A stretch of DNA of 64,000 bases from an uncultured Actinomycetota bacterium (GCA_963766005.1 CAVXYG010000012.1:337172-401171); one strand, 5' to 3'. Shown: positions 8,667 to 19,652, counted from the first letter of the stretch. The notes: generated by a model from the letters alone, not told the origin. Program-made: numbers and translations.

Positions 8667-10313
8667 TCACCGCGCCGCAATCGTGTCGGTGATGTCCGAT
8701 GCCAGGCGGGTGAGCCGATCCTCGGCCTCGGCACGGGCTTGCGCGAGGTCGCCGCCGGCCTCGGCGATGACCTCGACGTAGGCCTTGAGCTTCGGCTCCG
8801 TGCCGCTCGGCCGCACCACGACCCGGGAATCGTCGGCGGTGAGGAACCGGATCGCGTCGGTGGTCGGCAAGCCGGAGCCCTCGGTCGCGAAGTCGGTGAC
8901 GCTGGACACGGGGCTGCCGCCGAGCGCTGTCGGCGGCCGGGTCCGGACCCGGTCCATGGCCGCCTGCAGCTGAGCCGTTTCCGCTACCCGCAGCGACCAG
9001 GCCCGCGTCGCATGCAGGCCGTACCGCCGAGCCATCCCGTCGAGCACCTGCCGCGCGGTCCGGTGCTCCGCCCGCAACGACGCCAACAGCTCCGCGGCCA
9101 GCACCGCCGCGGTGATCCCGTCCTTGTCGCGGACCAGCCACGGCGCCACGCAGTAGCCGATGGCCTCCTCGTAGCCGAAGCGGAGCCGCGGCACGCGAGC
9201 GATCCACTTGAAGCCGGTGAGGGTCTCGGCATGCTCCAGGCCGGCGTCCGCTGCGATCCGGGCGAGCAGTCTCGAGGAGACGATGGTGGTGGCGAAGGCC
9301 CCGGTCGTACGACGGCCCGCACGCCGGTCCCGCTCGATGATCCACCACCCCAGCAGGCAACCGAGCTCGTCGCCGGTGAGCAGCCGCAGCCCGTGGGCGT
9401 CCCGGACGGCGACCGCGCAACGATCGGCGTCCGGGTCCAGCGCGATCACCGCGTCGGCGTCGTGGGCATGCGCGGTTGCCAGCGCTAGATCGACGGCGCC
9501 GGGCTCTTCGGGATTGGGGAAGTCCACGCTGGGGAAGTCCGGGTTCGGATCGCGCTGCTCGGCCACCGGGATCGGGGGGTGGAAGCCGGCGACCGTCAAC
9601 ACGCGCTCCAAGGTGGCATGTCCCACGCCGTGCATGGCTGTGCTCACCAGCCGGATCTCCCTGGTGCCCGGCCCGGCCACCGCGGCGGCGCCGGCGATGT
9701 AGGCGTCCACGACTGCCTCGTCCAGGACCGCGTACTCCTCGCTGAGCGGCACGACGCCGACCGTTGCCATCGCCTCGGCGATCTCGGCGTCGTGCGGCGG
9801 GATGATCTGCCGACCGTCCGCCAGGTACACCTTCATGCCGTTGTCCTGCGCCGGGTTGTGGGAGGCCGTGACCATGACACCCGCACAGCAGTGCCGATCC
9901 AGTACGGCGAAGGCGAGCACCGGCGTCGGCAGCGGTCGGGGCAGGAGCAGCACCTCGAGGCCTGCGCCGGCCAGCACCCGCGCCGCCTGCCGCGCGAACG
10001 CATCGGAGTGGTGGCGGCCGTCGAAGCCGATGACGACCCGTCCGACGCCGATGTGGGCGGCCAGCCCCGCCGCGACCCGGCTGACCACCGCGCGGTTCAT
10101 CCTGTTGGGTCCGGGTCCGAGCCGGCCCCGGACGCCGGCCGTGCCGAACTGCAGTAGACCCGCGAAGGCGTCGGCGAGCTCCGCGGCGGCCGAGGCATCC
10201 CCGGCCGTGGCGGCGGCGATCAGGGCGCCGAGCTCGGCTGCCGACTGCTGGTCCGGGTCTTCGGCCTGCCAGCGGCGCGCACGCCGCAGGAGGTGGGGAT
10301 CCACCGCGCTCAC
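8667..10313 (-). CDS. Phospho-sugar mutase (phosphomannomutase/phosphoglucomutase/phosphopentomutase family)
   Basis: Active-site loop TASHNPAQDNGMKVY and four-domain PGM/PMM architecture. GTG start overlaps the punA stop (GTGA). Confidence 0.88.
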   Translation of the reverse strand: MSAVDPHLLRRARRWQAEDPDQQSAAELGALIAAATAGDASAAAELADAFAGLLQFGTAGVRGRLGPGPNRMNRAVVSRVAAGLAAHIGVGRVVIGFDGRHHSDAFARQAARVLAGAGLEVLLLPRPLPTPVLAFAVLDRHCCAGVMVTASHNPAQDNGMKVYLADGRQIIPPHDAEIAEAMATVGVVPLSEEYAVLDEAVVDAYIAGAAAVAGPGTREIRLVSTAMHGVGHATLERVLTVAGFHPPIPVAEQRDPNPDFPSVDFPNPEEPGAVDLALATAHAHDADAVIALDPDADRCAVAVRDAHGLRLLTGDELGCLLGWWIIERDRRAGRRTTGAFATTIVSSRLLARIAADAGLEHAETLTGFKWIARVPRLRFGYEEAIGYCVAPWLVRDKDGITAAVLAAELLASLRAEHRTARQVLDGMARRYGLHATRAWSLRVAETAQLQAAMDRVRTRPPTALGGSPVSSVTDFATEGSGLPTTDAIRFLTADDSRVVVRPSGTEPKLKAYVEVIAEAGGDLAQARAEAEDRLTRLASDITDTIAAR

Positions 10314-11119
10314 AGCACTGCGACGATGTCGGCGAGCAGCACCCCGATGCGCTCGGCTGCCTGCTGTCCGGCCGCGATCACGTCGCTGTGCGCCAGAGGT
10401 TCGGGCGTCATGCCGGCGGCCAGGTTGGTCACCAGCGAGATGCCGAGCAGCTCCAGGCCAGCCTCCCGCGCCGCGATGGCTTCCACCGCCGTCGACATGC
10501 CCACCAGATCCGCGCCGATGGCGCGCGCCATCCGGATCTCGGCCGGCGTCTCGTACTGCGGGCCCCGGAACTGCACGTAGACGCCCTCAGCGAGCGTCGG
10601 ATCCACTTGGGACGCCAGCCTGCGCAGGCGTCGGCAATACACCTCGCTCAGGTCGACGAAGGTTGCGCCGTGCAGCGGGGTGATCCCCGTGAGGTTGATG
10701 TGGTCACCGATGAGTACCGGCGTACCGGGCCGCCATTCGGGGCGCAGCGATCCGCACCCGTTGGTGAGGATCAGGGTCCGGCAGCCTGCTGCCGCGGCGG
10801 TGCGCACGCTGTGGACGACCGCATCGACTCCGCGCTCCTCGTAGAGGTGGGTGCGGCCCAGGAACACCAGACAGCGTCTCCCCGCGGCGTTGATGCTGCG
10901 GATCTGCCCGCCGTGGCCGGGCGCGCTCGACGGCGCGAACCCTGCCACCTCGACGCGGGGGAACGCCGCGGTGGCCGGTCCCAGGAGGGACGCCGCCGAC
11001 TCCCAGCCCGAGCCGAGGACGATCGCGATGTCGTGGCTGGCCGTGCCGGTGCGTTCGGCGATCTGGGCGGCAGCGCGCTGGGCGAGCCGGGTGGCGGGAG
11101 GGGTATCCGGCGCCGTCAT
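10310..11119 (-). CDS. punA: Purine nucleoside phosphorylase
   Basis: MTAPDTPP... GRTHLYE, FRGPQYETPAE, MSTAVEAI motifs. ATG at 11119. The upstream 211 codons of the track ORF are shadow sequence. Confidence 0.9.
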   Translation of the reverse strand: MTAPDTPPATRLAQRAAAQIAERTGTASHDIAIVLGSGWESAASLLGPATAAFPRVEVAGFAPSSAPGHGGQIRSINAAGRRCLVFLGRTHLYEERGVDAVVHSVRTAAAAGCRTLILTNGCGSLRPEWRPGTPVLIGDHINLTGITPLHGATFVDLSEVYCRRLRRLASQVDPTLAEGVYVQFRGPQYETPAEIRMARAIGADLVGMSTAVEAIAAREAGLELLGISLVTNLAAGMTPEPLAHSDVIAAGQQAAERIGVLLADIVAVL

Positions 11120-11218
11120 GGACCCAGTCTGCCGCGACGGCAGTGCCCGCCGCTGCGTGCACACGCCGATCATGGCGTCCCGTCGGCGAGACGGTCCCTG
11201 GGCCGACACAATGGCGAG

Positions 11219-12631
11219 GTGACCAGCGTGGCGATTCTCGGCGGCGGACCCGGCGGCTACGAGGCCGCGCTCGTGGCAGCGCAGCTCGGGGCCGAGGTGA
11301 GCCTGGTCGATAGCGACGGGATCGGCGGCTCGGCCGTGCTCACCGATTGCGTGCCGAGCAAGGCGTTCATCTCGGTAGGCGAGATCCTGGATGTCTTCCG
11401 CGACAGCGGCCGGCTCGGCGTCCGCTCCGAGGGCCGGGCGCCGAGCGAACTGGCGCTCGGCATCGACATCGCGGGCGTCAACGAGCGAATCCTGGGTCTG
11501 GCCAGCGCGCAGAGCCGGGACATCGCCTCCAGACTGGCGGGCGATGGCATCCGCGTCATACCCGGGCACGGCCGCCTGGAGGGGCCGAGCCGGATCGTGG
11601 CACACGGCGCCGACGGGTCGCAGGCGGTCATCGACGCGGACCTGGTGCTCGTGGCGACGGGCGCCTCGCCGCGCATCCTGCCCCAGGCCCGGCCGGACGG
11701 GGAGCGCATCCTCACCTGGGAGCAGGTCTACAACCTGCGCAGTCTGCCCGAGCACCTCGTCGTCGTGGGTTCCGGTGTCACGGGCGCGGAGTTCGCCAGC
11801 GCCTTCAACGCCGTCGGGGTCCAGGTCACGCTGGTCTCCTCACGCGACCACGTGCTGCCCGGCGAGGACGCCGATGCGGCGGCCGTGCTCGAGGCGGTCT
11901 TCGCCGAGCGCGGGGTGCGGGTGGTGCCTCGGGCCCGTGCAGTCGCGGCGCACCGGGACGGCGACACGGTCGTCGTCGCGCTGGAGGACGGCCGCACCGT
12001 GACCGGGAGCCACTGCCTGCTGGCCGTCGGATCGATCCCGAACACCACGGGTCTCGGGCTGCAGGAGGCCGGTGTTGCGCTGGATGCCCGCGGGTTCATC
12101 GCCGTGGACCGGGTGTCGCGCACCTCGCAGCGCGGGGTCTATGCCGCAGGCGACTGCACGGGCGTGCTGATGCTGGCCTCGGTGGCCGCGATGCAGGGCC
12201 GGATCGCGATGTGGCATGCGCTGGGGGACGCGGTGGCGCCGCTGGATCTGGCGATGGTGAGCGCGAACGTGTTCACCGACCCGGAGATCGCCACGGTCGG
12301 GGTTTCGCAGTCCGACATCGACGCCGGCCGCATCAGCGCCGAGGTGGTGCTGCAGCCGCTGGCGACGAACGCCCGGGCCAAGATGGGGGAGTTGCGGCAC
12401 GGCTTCGTGAAGCTGTTCTGCCGGCCGAGCACGCGGATCGTCGTGGGCGGCGTCGTGGTCGGCCCCCGCGCCAGCGAACTCATCCACCCGGTCTCCCTGG
12501 CCGTCGCCCAGCGGTTGACCGTGGACCAGCTCGCCGGTGCCTTCACCGTGTATCCGTCCCTGAGCGGATCGATCGCCGAGGCCGCGCGCCGGCTGCACGG
12601 CACCGGCACCGCCGCCGCGCCGACGTGGTGA
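11219..12631 (+). CDS. Pyridine nucleotide-disulfide oxidoreductase, LpdA-like NAD(P)H-quinone reductase type
   Basis: GTG 11219 then VTSVAILGGGPGGYEAA (FAD site). Only a single Cys in LTDCVPSK instead of the CxxxxC redox disulfide, as in the mycobacterial LpdA (Rv3303c) type. Confidence 0.85.
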   Translation: MTSVAILGGGPGGYEAALVAAQLGAEVSLVDSDGIGGSAVLTDCVPSKAFISVGEILDVFRDSGRLGVRSEGRAPSELALGIDIAGVNERILGLASAQSRDIASRLAGDGIRVIPGHGRLEGPSRIVAHGADGSQAVIDADLVLVATGASPRILPQARPDGERILTWEQVYNLRSLPEHLVVVGSGVTGAEFASAFNAVGVQVTLVSSRDHVLPGEDADAAAVLEAVFAERGVRVVPRARAVAAHRDGDTVVVALEDGRTVTGSHCLLAVGSIPNTTGLGLQEAGVALDARGFIAVDRVSRTSQRGVYAAGDCTGVLMLASVAAMQGRIAMWHALGDAVAPLDLAMVSANVFTDPEIATVGVSQSDIDAGRISAEVVLQPLATNARAKMGELRHGFVKLFCRPSTRIVVGGVVVGPRASELIHPVSLAVAQRLTVDQLAGAFTVYPSLSGSIAEAARRLHGTGTAAAPTW

Positions 12632-12712
12632 GCACGGGCTGATCCACCCGGTCGACCCGTCGCAGCCGGGATCTGCCTCCGTGCCGAGCCCCCGTCCTGG
12701 CACACTTGCCCG

Positions 12713-13384
12713 GTGGCGGCAGGTGAGGCGTTCTCCCTCGACAGCGTCGTCGTGGAGCGCCAAGGACGCCGGATCCTGGACGGGGTGACCGCTCGCATCC
12801 CCTGGGCTTCGACGACGGCGATCATCGGAGCGAGCGGATCGGGCAAGTCCACGTTGCTGCGGCTGCTGAATCGGTTCGAGGAGCCCTCCGCGGGGACTGT
12901 CCGGCTCGACGACCGGCCGCTGCCCGAACTGGACGTCCATGCCCTGCGCCGTCGTGTCGGCCTGGTTGCGCAGCGCGCCACCATGCTCACCGGCCGCGTC
13001 GGCTCAGAAGTACGGGTCGGCAGGCCCGACCTCGACGACGAGGCCGTCGAGGCGTTGCTGGCCCGCGTGGCGCTGGCGGAGATCCCCTCGGACCGAGACA
13101 CCGCAACGTTGTCCGGCGGCGAGCAGCAGCGGCTTGCCCTGGCCCGAGCACTGGCGGTCGGGCCAGAGGTGCTGCTGCTGGACGAACCGACCAGCGCCTT
13201 GGACGCGGCCGCGGCACGCGCGGTGGATCGCGTCATCCGAGGGTTGGTGTCCGAGCGGTTGACGGTGGTCCTCGTCAGCCACGACCTGGGGCGCGTGGGC
13301 GATCTGGCCGATGCCGTGCTGGTCCTCCAGGGCGGCCGGCTCGTCGAGCGCGGGAGACCGGACGACGTGGGGTACCTGACATGA
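12713..13384 (+). CDS. ABC transporter ATP-binding protein (FetA/YbbL-like)
   Basis: Walker A GASGSGKST, signature LSGGEQQR, Walker B LLLDEPTSALD. Confidence 0.8.
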   Translation: MAAGEAFSLDSVVVERQGRRILDGVTARIPWASTTAIIGASGSGKSTLLRLLNRFEEPSAGTVRLDDRPLPELDVHALRRRVGLVAQRATMLTGRVGSEVRVGRPDLDDEAVEALLARVALAEIPSDRDTATLSGGEQQRLALARALAVGPEVLLLDEPTSALDAAAARAVDRVIRGLVSERLTVVLVSHDLGRVGDLADAVLVLQGGRLVERGRPDDVGYLT

Positions 13385-14190
13385 CCGATGTCGTGCAGGT
13401 ACCCGACTGGATCGGCGTCGCAGCCTCCGTCAGTCTGGTGCTGCTGGCCGTCGCCGTCTCGGCTCGGGCCCGCCTGGGCCTGTCGCGGGATCTGCTGTGG
13501 GCGGCAGCGCGCGCCTTCGTGCAGCTGCTGGCGGTGGGCTTCCTGCTCACGGTGCTGTTCGAGCGCGGGGGCCTGGCAGGTGCGCTGGCCTGGGTGGCGG
13601 TGATGGTGGTGATCGCCGGCTTCGTTGCGGCGGGTCGGACCAAACAGCTGCCGGACGGGCGCCGGATCGCCTGGAGCGCGGTTGCCCTCGGCGCTGCCTC
13701 GACGCTCGGAGTGCTCCTGCTCTTCGGTGTGGTCCAGGCAGAGCCCTCGGTGGTGGTCCCGGTTGGCGGCATGGTGGTGAGCGGGGCTCTCACGGCGACC
13801 AACCTGACGATGCGCCGGATGGCGGAGATCGCCGAGCAGTCCCGCGCTGACATCGAGGCGCGCCTCGCGTTGGGCCTGACCGGCCGCGATGCCATGGCAC
13901 CGCATCTGCGTCGCGCGGTGCGCACCGCCCTGTTGCCGGCGATCGACACCACGAAGGTGGTCGGCCTCATCGCGCTTCCCGGCGCGATGACGGGACTCAT
14001 CCTGGCCGGGGTCGAACCCCTGGTCGCAATCCGCTACCAGATCGTCGTGATGTACATGCTGCTCGCCGCCGCTGCCGTGAGCGGCATGCTGGCGGCGAAC
14101 CTCGCGCAGCGGGCTCTGTTCGACGACGCCGACCGGCTGCGTTGGATCGCGGCGAGCGATCCAACGCAACGCCGGCGGGCCCTCCGATAG
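13381..14190 (+). CDS. ABC transporter permease, UPF0014 / FetB(YbbM)-like
   Basis: ATGA overlap with the ATPase gene. Polytopic membrane protein with the TKVVGLIALPGAMTG motif typical of the YbbM family. Confidence 0.8.
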   Translation: MTDVVQVPDWIGVAASVSLVLLAVAVSARARLGLSRDLLWAAARAFVQLLAVGFLLTVLFERGGLAGALAWVAVMVVIAGFVAAGRTKQLPDGRRIAWSAVALGAASTLGVLLLFGVVQAEPSVVVPVGGMVVSGALTATNLTMRRMAEIAEQSRADIEARLALGLTGRDAMAPHLRRAVRTALLPAIDTTKVVGLIALPGAMTGLILAGVEPLVAIRYQIVVMYMLLAAAAVSGMLAANLAQRALFDDADRLRWIAASDPTQRRRALR

Positions 14191-14193
14191 CCG

Positions 14194-14210
14194 GGCCTCC
14201 CAGGAGGCCG
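14194..14210. terminator. Short GC hairpin between convergent fetB-like and accA genes
   Basis: GGCCTCC-cag-GGAGGCC, 4 nt after the stop at 14190. No U-tract. Confidence 0.3.
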
Positions 14211-14241
14211 CCACCACCGTTCGACGCGGCGCAGTTGCGCC

Positions 14242-16005
14242 TCAGGCGTCCTTGATCTCGAGCAACGGGGCCCCGTTCGTCACGGTCACCCCGATCTCGG
14301 CGGTGATCGCCGAAACGATGCCGGCCTTGTGGGCGTTGAGCGGCTGCTCCATCTTCATGGCCTCGAGCACGACGACGAGATCGCCCTCGGCGACCTCCTG
14401 GCCCTCCGCCACGGCAATCTTCACCACCGTGCCCTGCATGGGTGCCACGACGCTGTCGCCGCCGGCCTGGTGGGCGCCGCCGCTCTTCTTCGCGCGCTTC
14501 GGCTTGCCGCCCTTGGCCGCGCCGCCGCCGGAGCTCACGGCGAGCGTCTGCGGCAGGGTGACCTCCACCCGCTTGCCGCCCACCTCGACGGTCACGCTCG
14601 TGCGCTCCTCGGCCTCGGCCACCGCGTCGACGCCGCCGGTGTAGGCGTCAATGGTGTTGTTGAACTCGGTCTCGATCCAGCGGGTGTGCACCCGGAACGC
14701 CTCCGCGGGGTCCGGCGGCGCGAAGTCCGGCTCGGACACCACGAGGCGGTGGAACGTCAGTGCGGTGGCGATGCCCTCGGCGTGGAACTCGGCGAGGGCG
14801 CGGCGGGAGCGCTCCAGCGCCTGCTGCCTGGTCGCTCCGGTCACGATCAGCTTGCCGAGCAAGGAGTCGAAGTTGCCGCCGATCACGTCCCCGGTCACGA
14901 AACCGCCGTCCCAGCGCACGCCGGGCCCGCTGGGCGGCTGCCACACCGTCAGGACGCCGGGCGCCGGCAGGAAGTTGCGGCCCGGATCCTCTCCGTTGAT
15001 CCGGAACTCGATCGAGTGGCCGCGCAACTGCGGGTCGTCGAAGCCGAGCGCCTCGCCATCGGCGATGCGGAACTGCTCGCGCACGAGGTCGATGCCCGCG
15101 ACCTCCTCGCTGACCGGGTGCTCGACCTGCAGCCGGGTATTCACCTCCAGGAAGGAGATGACACCGTCCTGGCCGACGAGGAACTCGCAGGTTCCCGCGC
15201 CGTAGTAGCCGGCCTCACGCACGATCGCCTTGGACGCCCGGTACAGCTCCTCGATCTGCTCGGTCGACAGGAAGGGCGCCGGGGCCTCCTCGACGAGCTT
15301 CTGGTGGCGGCGCTGCAACGAGCAGTCGCGCGTGGACACCACGACAACGTTGCCGTGCTGGTCGGCGAGGACCTGGGTCTCGACGTGGCGGGGCCGGTCG
15401 AGATAGCGCTCCACGAAGCACTCGCCGCGCCCGAATGCCGCGACCGCCTCGCGCACGGCGGAGTCGTACAGCTCGGGGATCTCCTCCAGCGTGCGGGCCA
15501 CCTTCAGGCCGCGACCGCCGCCGCCGAACGCCGCCTTGATCGCGATGGGCAGACCGTGCTCCTCGGCGAAGGCGACCACCTCGTCGGCACCGGTGACCGG
15601 ATCGGCGGTGCCGGGCACCTGCGGAGCGCCGGCCCGAGCCGCGATGTGCCGCGCCGACACCTTGTCGCCGAGGTCGCGAATGGCCTGCGGCGGCGGGCCG
15701 ATCCAGGTCAGTCCGGCGTCGATGACGGCCTGGGCGAAGTCGGCGTTCTCGCTCAGGAAGCCGTAGCCGGGGTGGACCGCGTCGGCCCCGGCGTCCGCAG
15801 CTGCCTGCAGGAGCTTGTCGATGACCAGGTAGGACTCCGCCGCTGTCGCGCCGCCGAGGGCGTAGGCCTCGTCGGCCACGCGCACATGCTGGGCGTCGCG
15901 GTCTGGATCGGCGTAGACCGCCACCGAGGCGATCCCCGCATCCCGGCATGCCCGGGCGACCCGGATGGCGATTTCGCCGCGGTTGGCGATGAGAACCTTG
16001 CGCAC
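14242..16005 (-). CDS. accA: Acetyl/propionyl-CoA carboxylase alpha subunit (biotin carboxylase + BCCP)
   Basis: [20 protein letters not shown]..., ATP-grasp domain, C-terminal biotinyl-lysine motif [12 protein letters not shown]. Confidence 0.93.
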   Translation of the reverse strand: MRKVLIANRGEIAIRVARACRDAGIASVAVYADPDRDAQHVRVADEAYALGGATAAESYLVIDKLLQAAADAGADAVHPGYGFLSENADFAQAVIDAGLTWIGPPPQAIRDLGDKVSARHIAARAGAPQVPGTADPVTGADEVVAFAEEHGLPIAIKAAFGGGGRGLKVARTLEEIPELYDSAVREAVAAFGRGECFVERYLDRPRHVETQVLADQHGNVVVVSTRDCSLQRRHQKLVEEAPAPFLSTEQIEELYRASKAIVREAGYYGAGTCEFLVGQDGVISFLEVNTRLQVEHPVSEEVAGIDLVREQFRIADGEALGFDDPQLRGHSIEFRINGEDPGRNFLPAPGVLTVWQPPSGPGVRWDGGFVTGDVIGGNFDSLLGKLIVTGATRQQALERSRRALAEFHAEGIATALTFHRLVVSEPDFAPPDPAEAFRVHTRWIETEFNNTIDAYTGGVDAVAEAEERTSVTVEVGGKRVEVTLPQTLAVSSGGGAAKGGKPKRAKKSGGAHQAGGDSVVAPMQGTVVKIAVAEGQEVAEGDLVVVLEAMKMEQPLNAHKAGIVSAITAEIGVTVTNGAPLLEIKDA

Positions 16006-16114
16006 CGGGAGCTCCTTCGATTGCCGGCCAGCACGAACCGCCGCCGGGAACCATCGGACAGGCGACGGGAACGGTTCCAGGGTATCCAGCGCCCGATGCC
16101 CGCCCGACCACGGG

Positions 16115-16765
16115 TCAGTCTGCGGTGTCCCGCCACAGCGACGTCCAGGGGACTCCCGCGCGCGCGGCCAGCTGGCGCACCAGCGGCAGTGAGATGCCGA
16201 TCACATTCGACGGGTCGCCGACGACACCGCGGACGAAGGCGCCGCCCAGCCCGTCCAGCGTGAATGCTCCGGCCACCGACAGCGGTTCTCCGGTGGCGAC
16301 GTAGGCGGCGATCTCCTCGGCATCCGGCTCGGCGAAGTCCACGCGGGTCGTGGCGGTGTCCACGAACTCCCGCGACCCGTCTTCGGCAAGGACGATGAGG
16401 CAGTGCCCGGTGTGCAGCCAGCCGGTCTGGCCGCCCATGAGGGACCAGCGCAGCTCGGCATCGGCAGTGTCGACCGGCTTCCCCAGCGCGCGGCCGGCGA
16501 GCTCGGGCACATCGGGCAGCTCGAGGACCGAGTCGCAGCCCACCACGAGCACCCGGTCCCCGCCCGGCACGACGGTCGCCGCCACATCGCGGGTCTTGGC
16601 CACCGCGAGGACCCGGGCAACCTCGGACGGCGGCGCGAGGTCGGCGGCCAGCGCCTCTTCGTCGACGCTGCTGACCACGACCTCGGGGTCGAGCCCGGCC
16701 GCGCGGAGCACGCGTCGGCGGGCCGGCGAGGCGCTGGCGAGGATGAAGCGGGGACGACCGCTCAC
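16115..16765 (-). CDS. maf: Maf-like nucleoside triphosphate pyrophosphatase
   Basis: [19 protein letters not shown]...GKP...AGAFTLDG motifs. GTG start overlaps the upstream stop (GTGA). Confidence 0.88.
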   Translation of the reverse strand: MSGRPRFILASASPARRRVLRAAGLDPEVVVSSVDEEALAADLAPPSEVARVLAVAKTRDVAATVVPGGDRVLVVGCDSVLELPDVPELAGRALGKPVDTADAELRWSLMGGQTGWLHTGHCLIVLAEDGSREFVDTATTRVDFAEPDAEEIAAYVATGEPLSVAGAFTLDGLGGAFVRGVVGDPSNVIGISLPLVRQLAARAGVPWTSLWRDTAD

Positions 16766-17790
16766 GGCAGCGGCACGCCGAGATCGTCGAGCCGTGCAAG
16801 GACGGCGTTGTAGCCCGTGGCGATCGCCGAGCGGTAACTCGCCGGCGCCACCTCGTCGATCCGACCCTCGTGCAGCACCTCTTTGCTCACGAACCGCGGC
16901 AGCGCATCCAGCACGGCCGGGTCCTCAGCAGCACCGATGCGCCGCAGGATCGTGCGGAGCGCCTCGGTCCCCCCGTCACCGGTCAGGTTCGACAACCGGA
17001 TCGTCAGCGCACGGTCCGAAGGGATCCTGCGCAGTCCGCTGGCAGCCGAGATGATGCGCCGCTCCCACAGGGCCAGCCCGCGTTCGAAGGCAGCCTGGTT
17101 CCACTCTTTGTCGGAGTCGATCGGGACGCTGGACACCGGCGCCCCGGGGAACGCGGTCCCGGTGCTGATCTCCATGAACCGCAGCGCCACGTCGCGGCCG
17201 TCGCGGACCACATGCACGACCGTGCCGTGGGGGAACAGCTCCAGCATGGTCGGTGCGCGTACCGCGCCGAGCCGAGACGCGTCGATCCAGCGCACTGCCT
17301 GCGCTCGCTCGGGTGTGACGCCGTGCGTGGGTCGCAGCAGGTCGTGGATGAGGTTGACCGAGGAGCCGAGCGGGTTGTCCCAGAACGTGGCGAGGTACCG
17401 CTCGCTGGCCGCCTCGATGATCGAGGCGGTGAGCGCTTGCGAGCGGTGCCCGACGGGCTTGAGCAGTGGATCGGGGAGGAAACTGCGGTGCAGCAGCTCC
17501 ACGAGCTCCTCCGGCGGGGTGCGCTCCTCGCCCATCATGGGCTCGGGCTGGAAGGCTGGCTGCTTCTCCGCCAGGAGCCGGTCCAGCCACGGCGTGCGCG
17601 AGGCCTGCCGCATGGACCGACCCAGTTGCATGGCGTCGATGACCCCGTCGGGATCGGAGATCAGGCCGAAGCGCACCGGTGTGGTCGCCTGCAGGTCGGG
17701 ATGCTCCGACAGCAGCATCGCCAGCGATGCCGCGCCGTCGGATCCGGTGCCGCCGATGAAGACCGGTCGATCGAGCGGGCCGGCTGCCAT
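16762..17790 (-). CDS. Sulfotransferase-fold protein (divergent), embedded in the acc operon
   Basis: ATG 17790 preceded by GAGGAGGG. N-terminal loop FIGGTGSDGAASLAMLLSEHPD resembles the 5'-PSB loop, and VVHVVRDGRDVALR resembles the 3'-PB RDxRD motif of bacterial sulfotransferases. Confidence 0.55.
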   Translation of the reverse strand: MAAGPLDRPVFIGGTGSDGAASLAMLLSEHPDLQATTPVRFGLISDPDGVIDAMQLGRSMRQASRTPWLDRLLAEKQPAFQPEPMMGEERTPPEELVELLHRSFLPDPLLKPVGHRSQALTASIIEAASERYLATFWDNPLGSSVNLIHDLLRPTHGVTPERAQAVRWIDASRLGAVRAPTMLELFPHGTVVHVVRDGRDVALRFMEISTGTAFPGAPVSSVPIDSDKEWNQAAFERGLALWERRIISAASGLRRIPSDRALTIRLSNLTGDGGTEALRTILRRIGAAEDPAVLDALPRFVSKEVLHEGRIDEVAPASYRSAIATGYNAVLARLDDLGVPLP

Positions 17791-17803
17791 GACCCTCCTC
17801 GGA

Positions 17804-18025
17804 CTACAGGGGCAGGTTCGAATCCCGCCACGTTGTGGGCCCTGGCGCGGGCCTGCGGCGCAGCGCCCGGGCCGGGCTGGCCCAACTGCGCAGTCGCACC
17901 GGCTGATCGGCCGGTGCCGCACTGGCAGCAACCGCGCTGAGGACCGAGACCACCACGGCCACCTCGTCCGGGGTCGGACTGCCCGCGATAACGCGCAGCA
18001 CCGGCCCCTTCATCGGCTCGCTCAT
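17804..18025 (-). CDS. accE: Acyl-CoA carboxylase epsilon subunit
   Basis: 73 aa, MSEPMKGPVLRVIAGSPTPDEVAVVVSVLSA... is the typical AccE N-terminus. Sits directly downstream of the carboxyltransferase gene. Confidence 0.7.
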   Translation of the reverse strand: MSEPMKGPVLRVIAGSPTPDEVAVVVSVLSAVAASAAPADQPVRLRSWASPARALRRRPAPGPTTWRDSNLPL

Positions 18026-18053
18026 GCTACTGCCACCCGCCCTTCCACGTCGG

Positions 18054-19652
18054 TTACAGCGGGATGTTCCCGTGCTTCTTGGGCAGCGTCTCCTTGCGCT
18101 TGTTGCGCAGAGCACGCAGCGCGCGGATGACCTGGGTGCGCGTTTCGTGGGGCAGGATCACCCGATCGATGTAGCCCCGCTCGGCGGCCTCATAGGGGTT
18201 GGCGAGCTTGTCGGTGTACTCCTCGATCAGCTCCGCGCGGCGCTGATCCGGATCCTGCGCAGCGGCCAGTTCCTTGCGGTAGAGGATGTTCACCGCCCCC
18301 TGGGCGCCCATCACCGCGATCTCCGCGGTGGGCCAGGCGAGGTTGATATCGCCACCGAGGTGCTTGGATCCCATGACGTCGTAGGCACCGCCGTAGGCCT
18401 TGCGGGTGATGACGGTGACCAGCGGCACGGTCGCCTCGCAGTAGGCGTAGATGAGCTTCGCGCCGCGGCGGATGATGCCGTTCCACTCCTGGTCGGTGCC
18501 CGGCAGGAAGCCGGGCACGTCGACGAACGTCAGCACCGGGACGTTGAAGGCGTCGCACGTGCGCACGAACCGGGCGGCCTTCTCCGAGGCGTCGATGTCC
18601 AGCGTGCCGGCGAACTGCATCGGCTGGTTGGCGACGATGCCGACCGCACGGCCCTCCACGCGGCCGAACCCGATGATGAGGTTCGGCGCGAACAGCGCCT
18701 GCACCTCGAGGAAGTCGCCGTCGTCGAGCACGTGCTCGATCACCGCGTGCATGTCGTAGGGCTGGTTGACGGAGTCCGGCAGGATCGTGTCGAGCTCGAG
18801 GTCCTCGTCGGTGATCTCCAGACCGCCGTCGGCTTCGAAGACCGGCGGCTCCTCGAGGTTGTTGCTCGGCAGGTGCGACAGCAGCCCGCGCACGTAGTCC
18901 AGCGCGTCGCTCTCGTCCTCGGCGGCGTAGTGGGCAACACCGGACTTGGAGTTGTGGGCCAGCGCTCCGCCGAGATCCTCGAAGGCGACGTCCTCGCCGG
19001 TGACGGTCTTGATGACGTCGGGACCGGTGATGAACATGTGCGAGGTCTTGTCGACCATGACCGTGAAGTCGGTGATCGCCGGGGAGTACACCGCGCCGCC
19101 CGCGCAGGGGCCCATGATGAGCGAGATCTGCGGGACGACGCCGGAGGCGCGAACGTTGCGCATGAAGATCTCGCCGTACATCCCCAGGCTGACCACGCCC
19201 TCCTGGATGCGCGCGCCGCCGGAGTCGTTGATGCCGATGACCGGGCAGCCGGTCTTCAGCGCGAGGTCCATGATCTTGACGATCTTCTCGCCGAAGACCT
19301 CGCCGAGCGAACCGCCGAAGACGGTGAAGTCCTGGGCGAAGACGCAGACCGGGCGGCCGTCGATCGTGCCGTAGCCGGTGACGACGCCGTCGCCGTAGGG
19401 CCGGTTCTTCTCCAGGCCGAAGTTGTGCGAGCGGTGCCGGGCCAGCCCGTCGATCTGCTGGAAGGAACCGTCGTCGAGCAGTTCCTCGATCCGCTCCATG
19501 GCGGTCTTCTTGCCCTTGGCATGCTGCTTGTCGACGGCCGACTGCCGACGGTTCGCAGCCTCCTCGCGGCGTCGCTTGAGGTCTGCGGCCCTGCCTGCCG
19601 TGGAGCGGCGGTCCGGTCCCTCAGTGGCAGCGTCATCGACCAACGCGGTCAT
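18054..19652 (-). CDS. Acyl-CoA carboxylase beta subunit (carboxyltransferase, PccB/AccD5-like)
   Basis: [18 protein letters not shown]...[28 protein letters not shown]...[13 protein letters not shown] 19652 preceded by GGGAGG. Confidence 0.93.
   Translation of the reverse strand: MTALVDDAATEGPDRRSTAGRAADLKRRREEAANRRQSAVDKQHAKGKKTAMERIEELLDDGSFQQIDGLARHRSHNFGLEKNRPYGDGVVTGYGTIDGRPVCVFAQDFTVFGGSLGEVFGEKIVKIMDLALKTGCPVIGINDSGGARIQEGVVSLGMYGEIFMRNVRASGVVPQISLIMGPCAGGAVYSPAITDFTVMVDKTSHMFITGPDVIKTVTGEDVAFEDLGGALAHNSKSGVAHYAAEDESDALDYVRGLLSHLPSNNLEEPPVFEADGGLEITDEDLELDTILPDSVNQPYDMHAVIEHVLDDGDFLEVQALFAPNLIIGFGRVEGRAVGIVANQPMQFAGTLDIDASEKAARFVRTCDAFNVPVLTFVDVPGFLPGTDQEWNGIIRRGAKLIYAYCEATVPLVTVITRKAYGGAYDVMGSKHLGGDINLAWPTAEIAVMGAQGAVNILYRKELAAAQDPDQRRAELIEEYTDKLANPYEAAERGYIDRVILPHETRTQVIRALRALRNKRKETLPKKHGNIPL

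Noticed and set aside
10388-11218. N-terminal 277 codons of the 747-aa ORF 10388..12631
   Set aside because: This part is antisense to punA and has no homology. The flavoprotein begins at GTG 11219 (VTSVAILGGGPGG).
17815-17825. GGTTCGAATCC, the canonical tRNA T-arm/T-loop sequence
   Set aside because: It lies inside the C-terminal codons of accE (minus strand ...W R D S N L P L *). The T-stem has a mismatch, and there is no complementary acceptor stem, D-arm or anticodon arm in the flanks.
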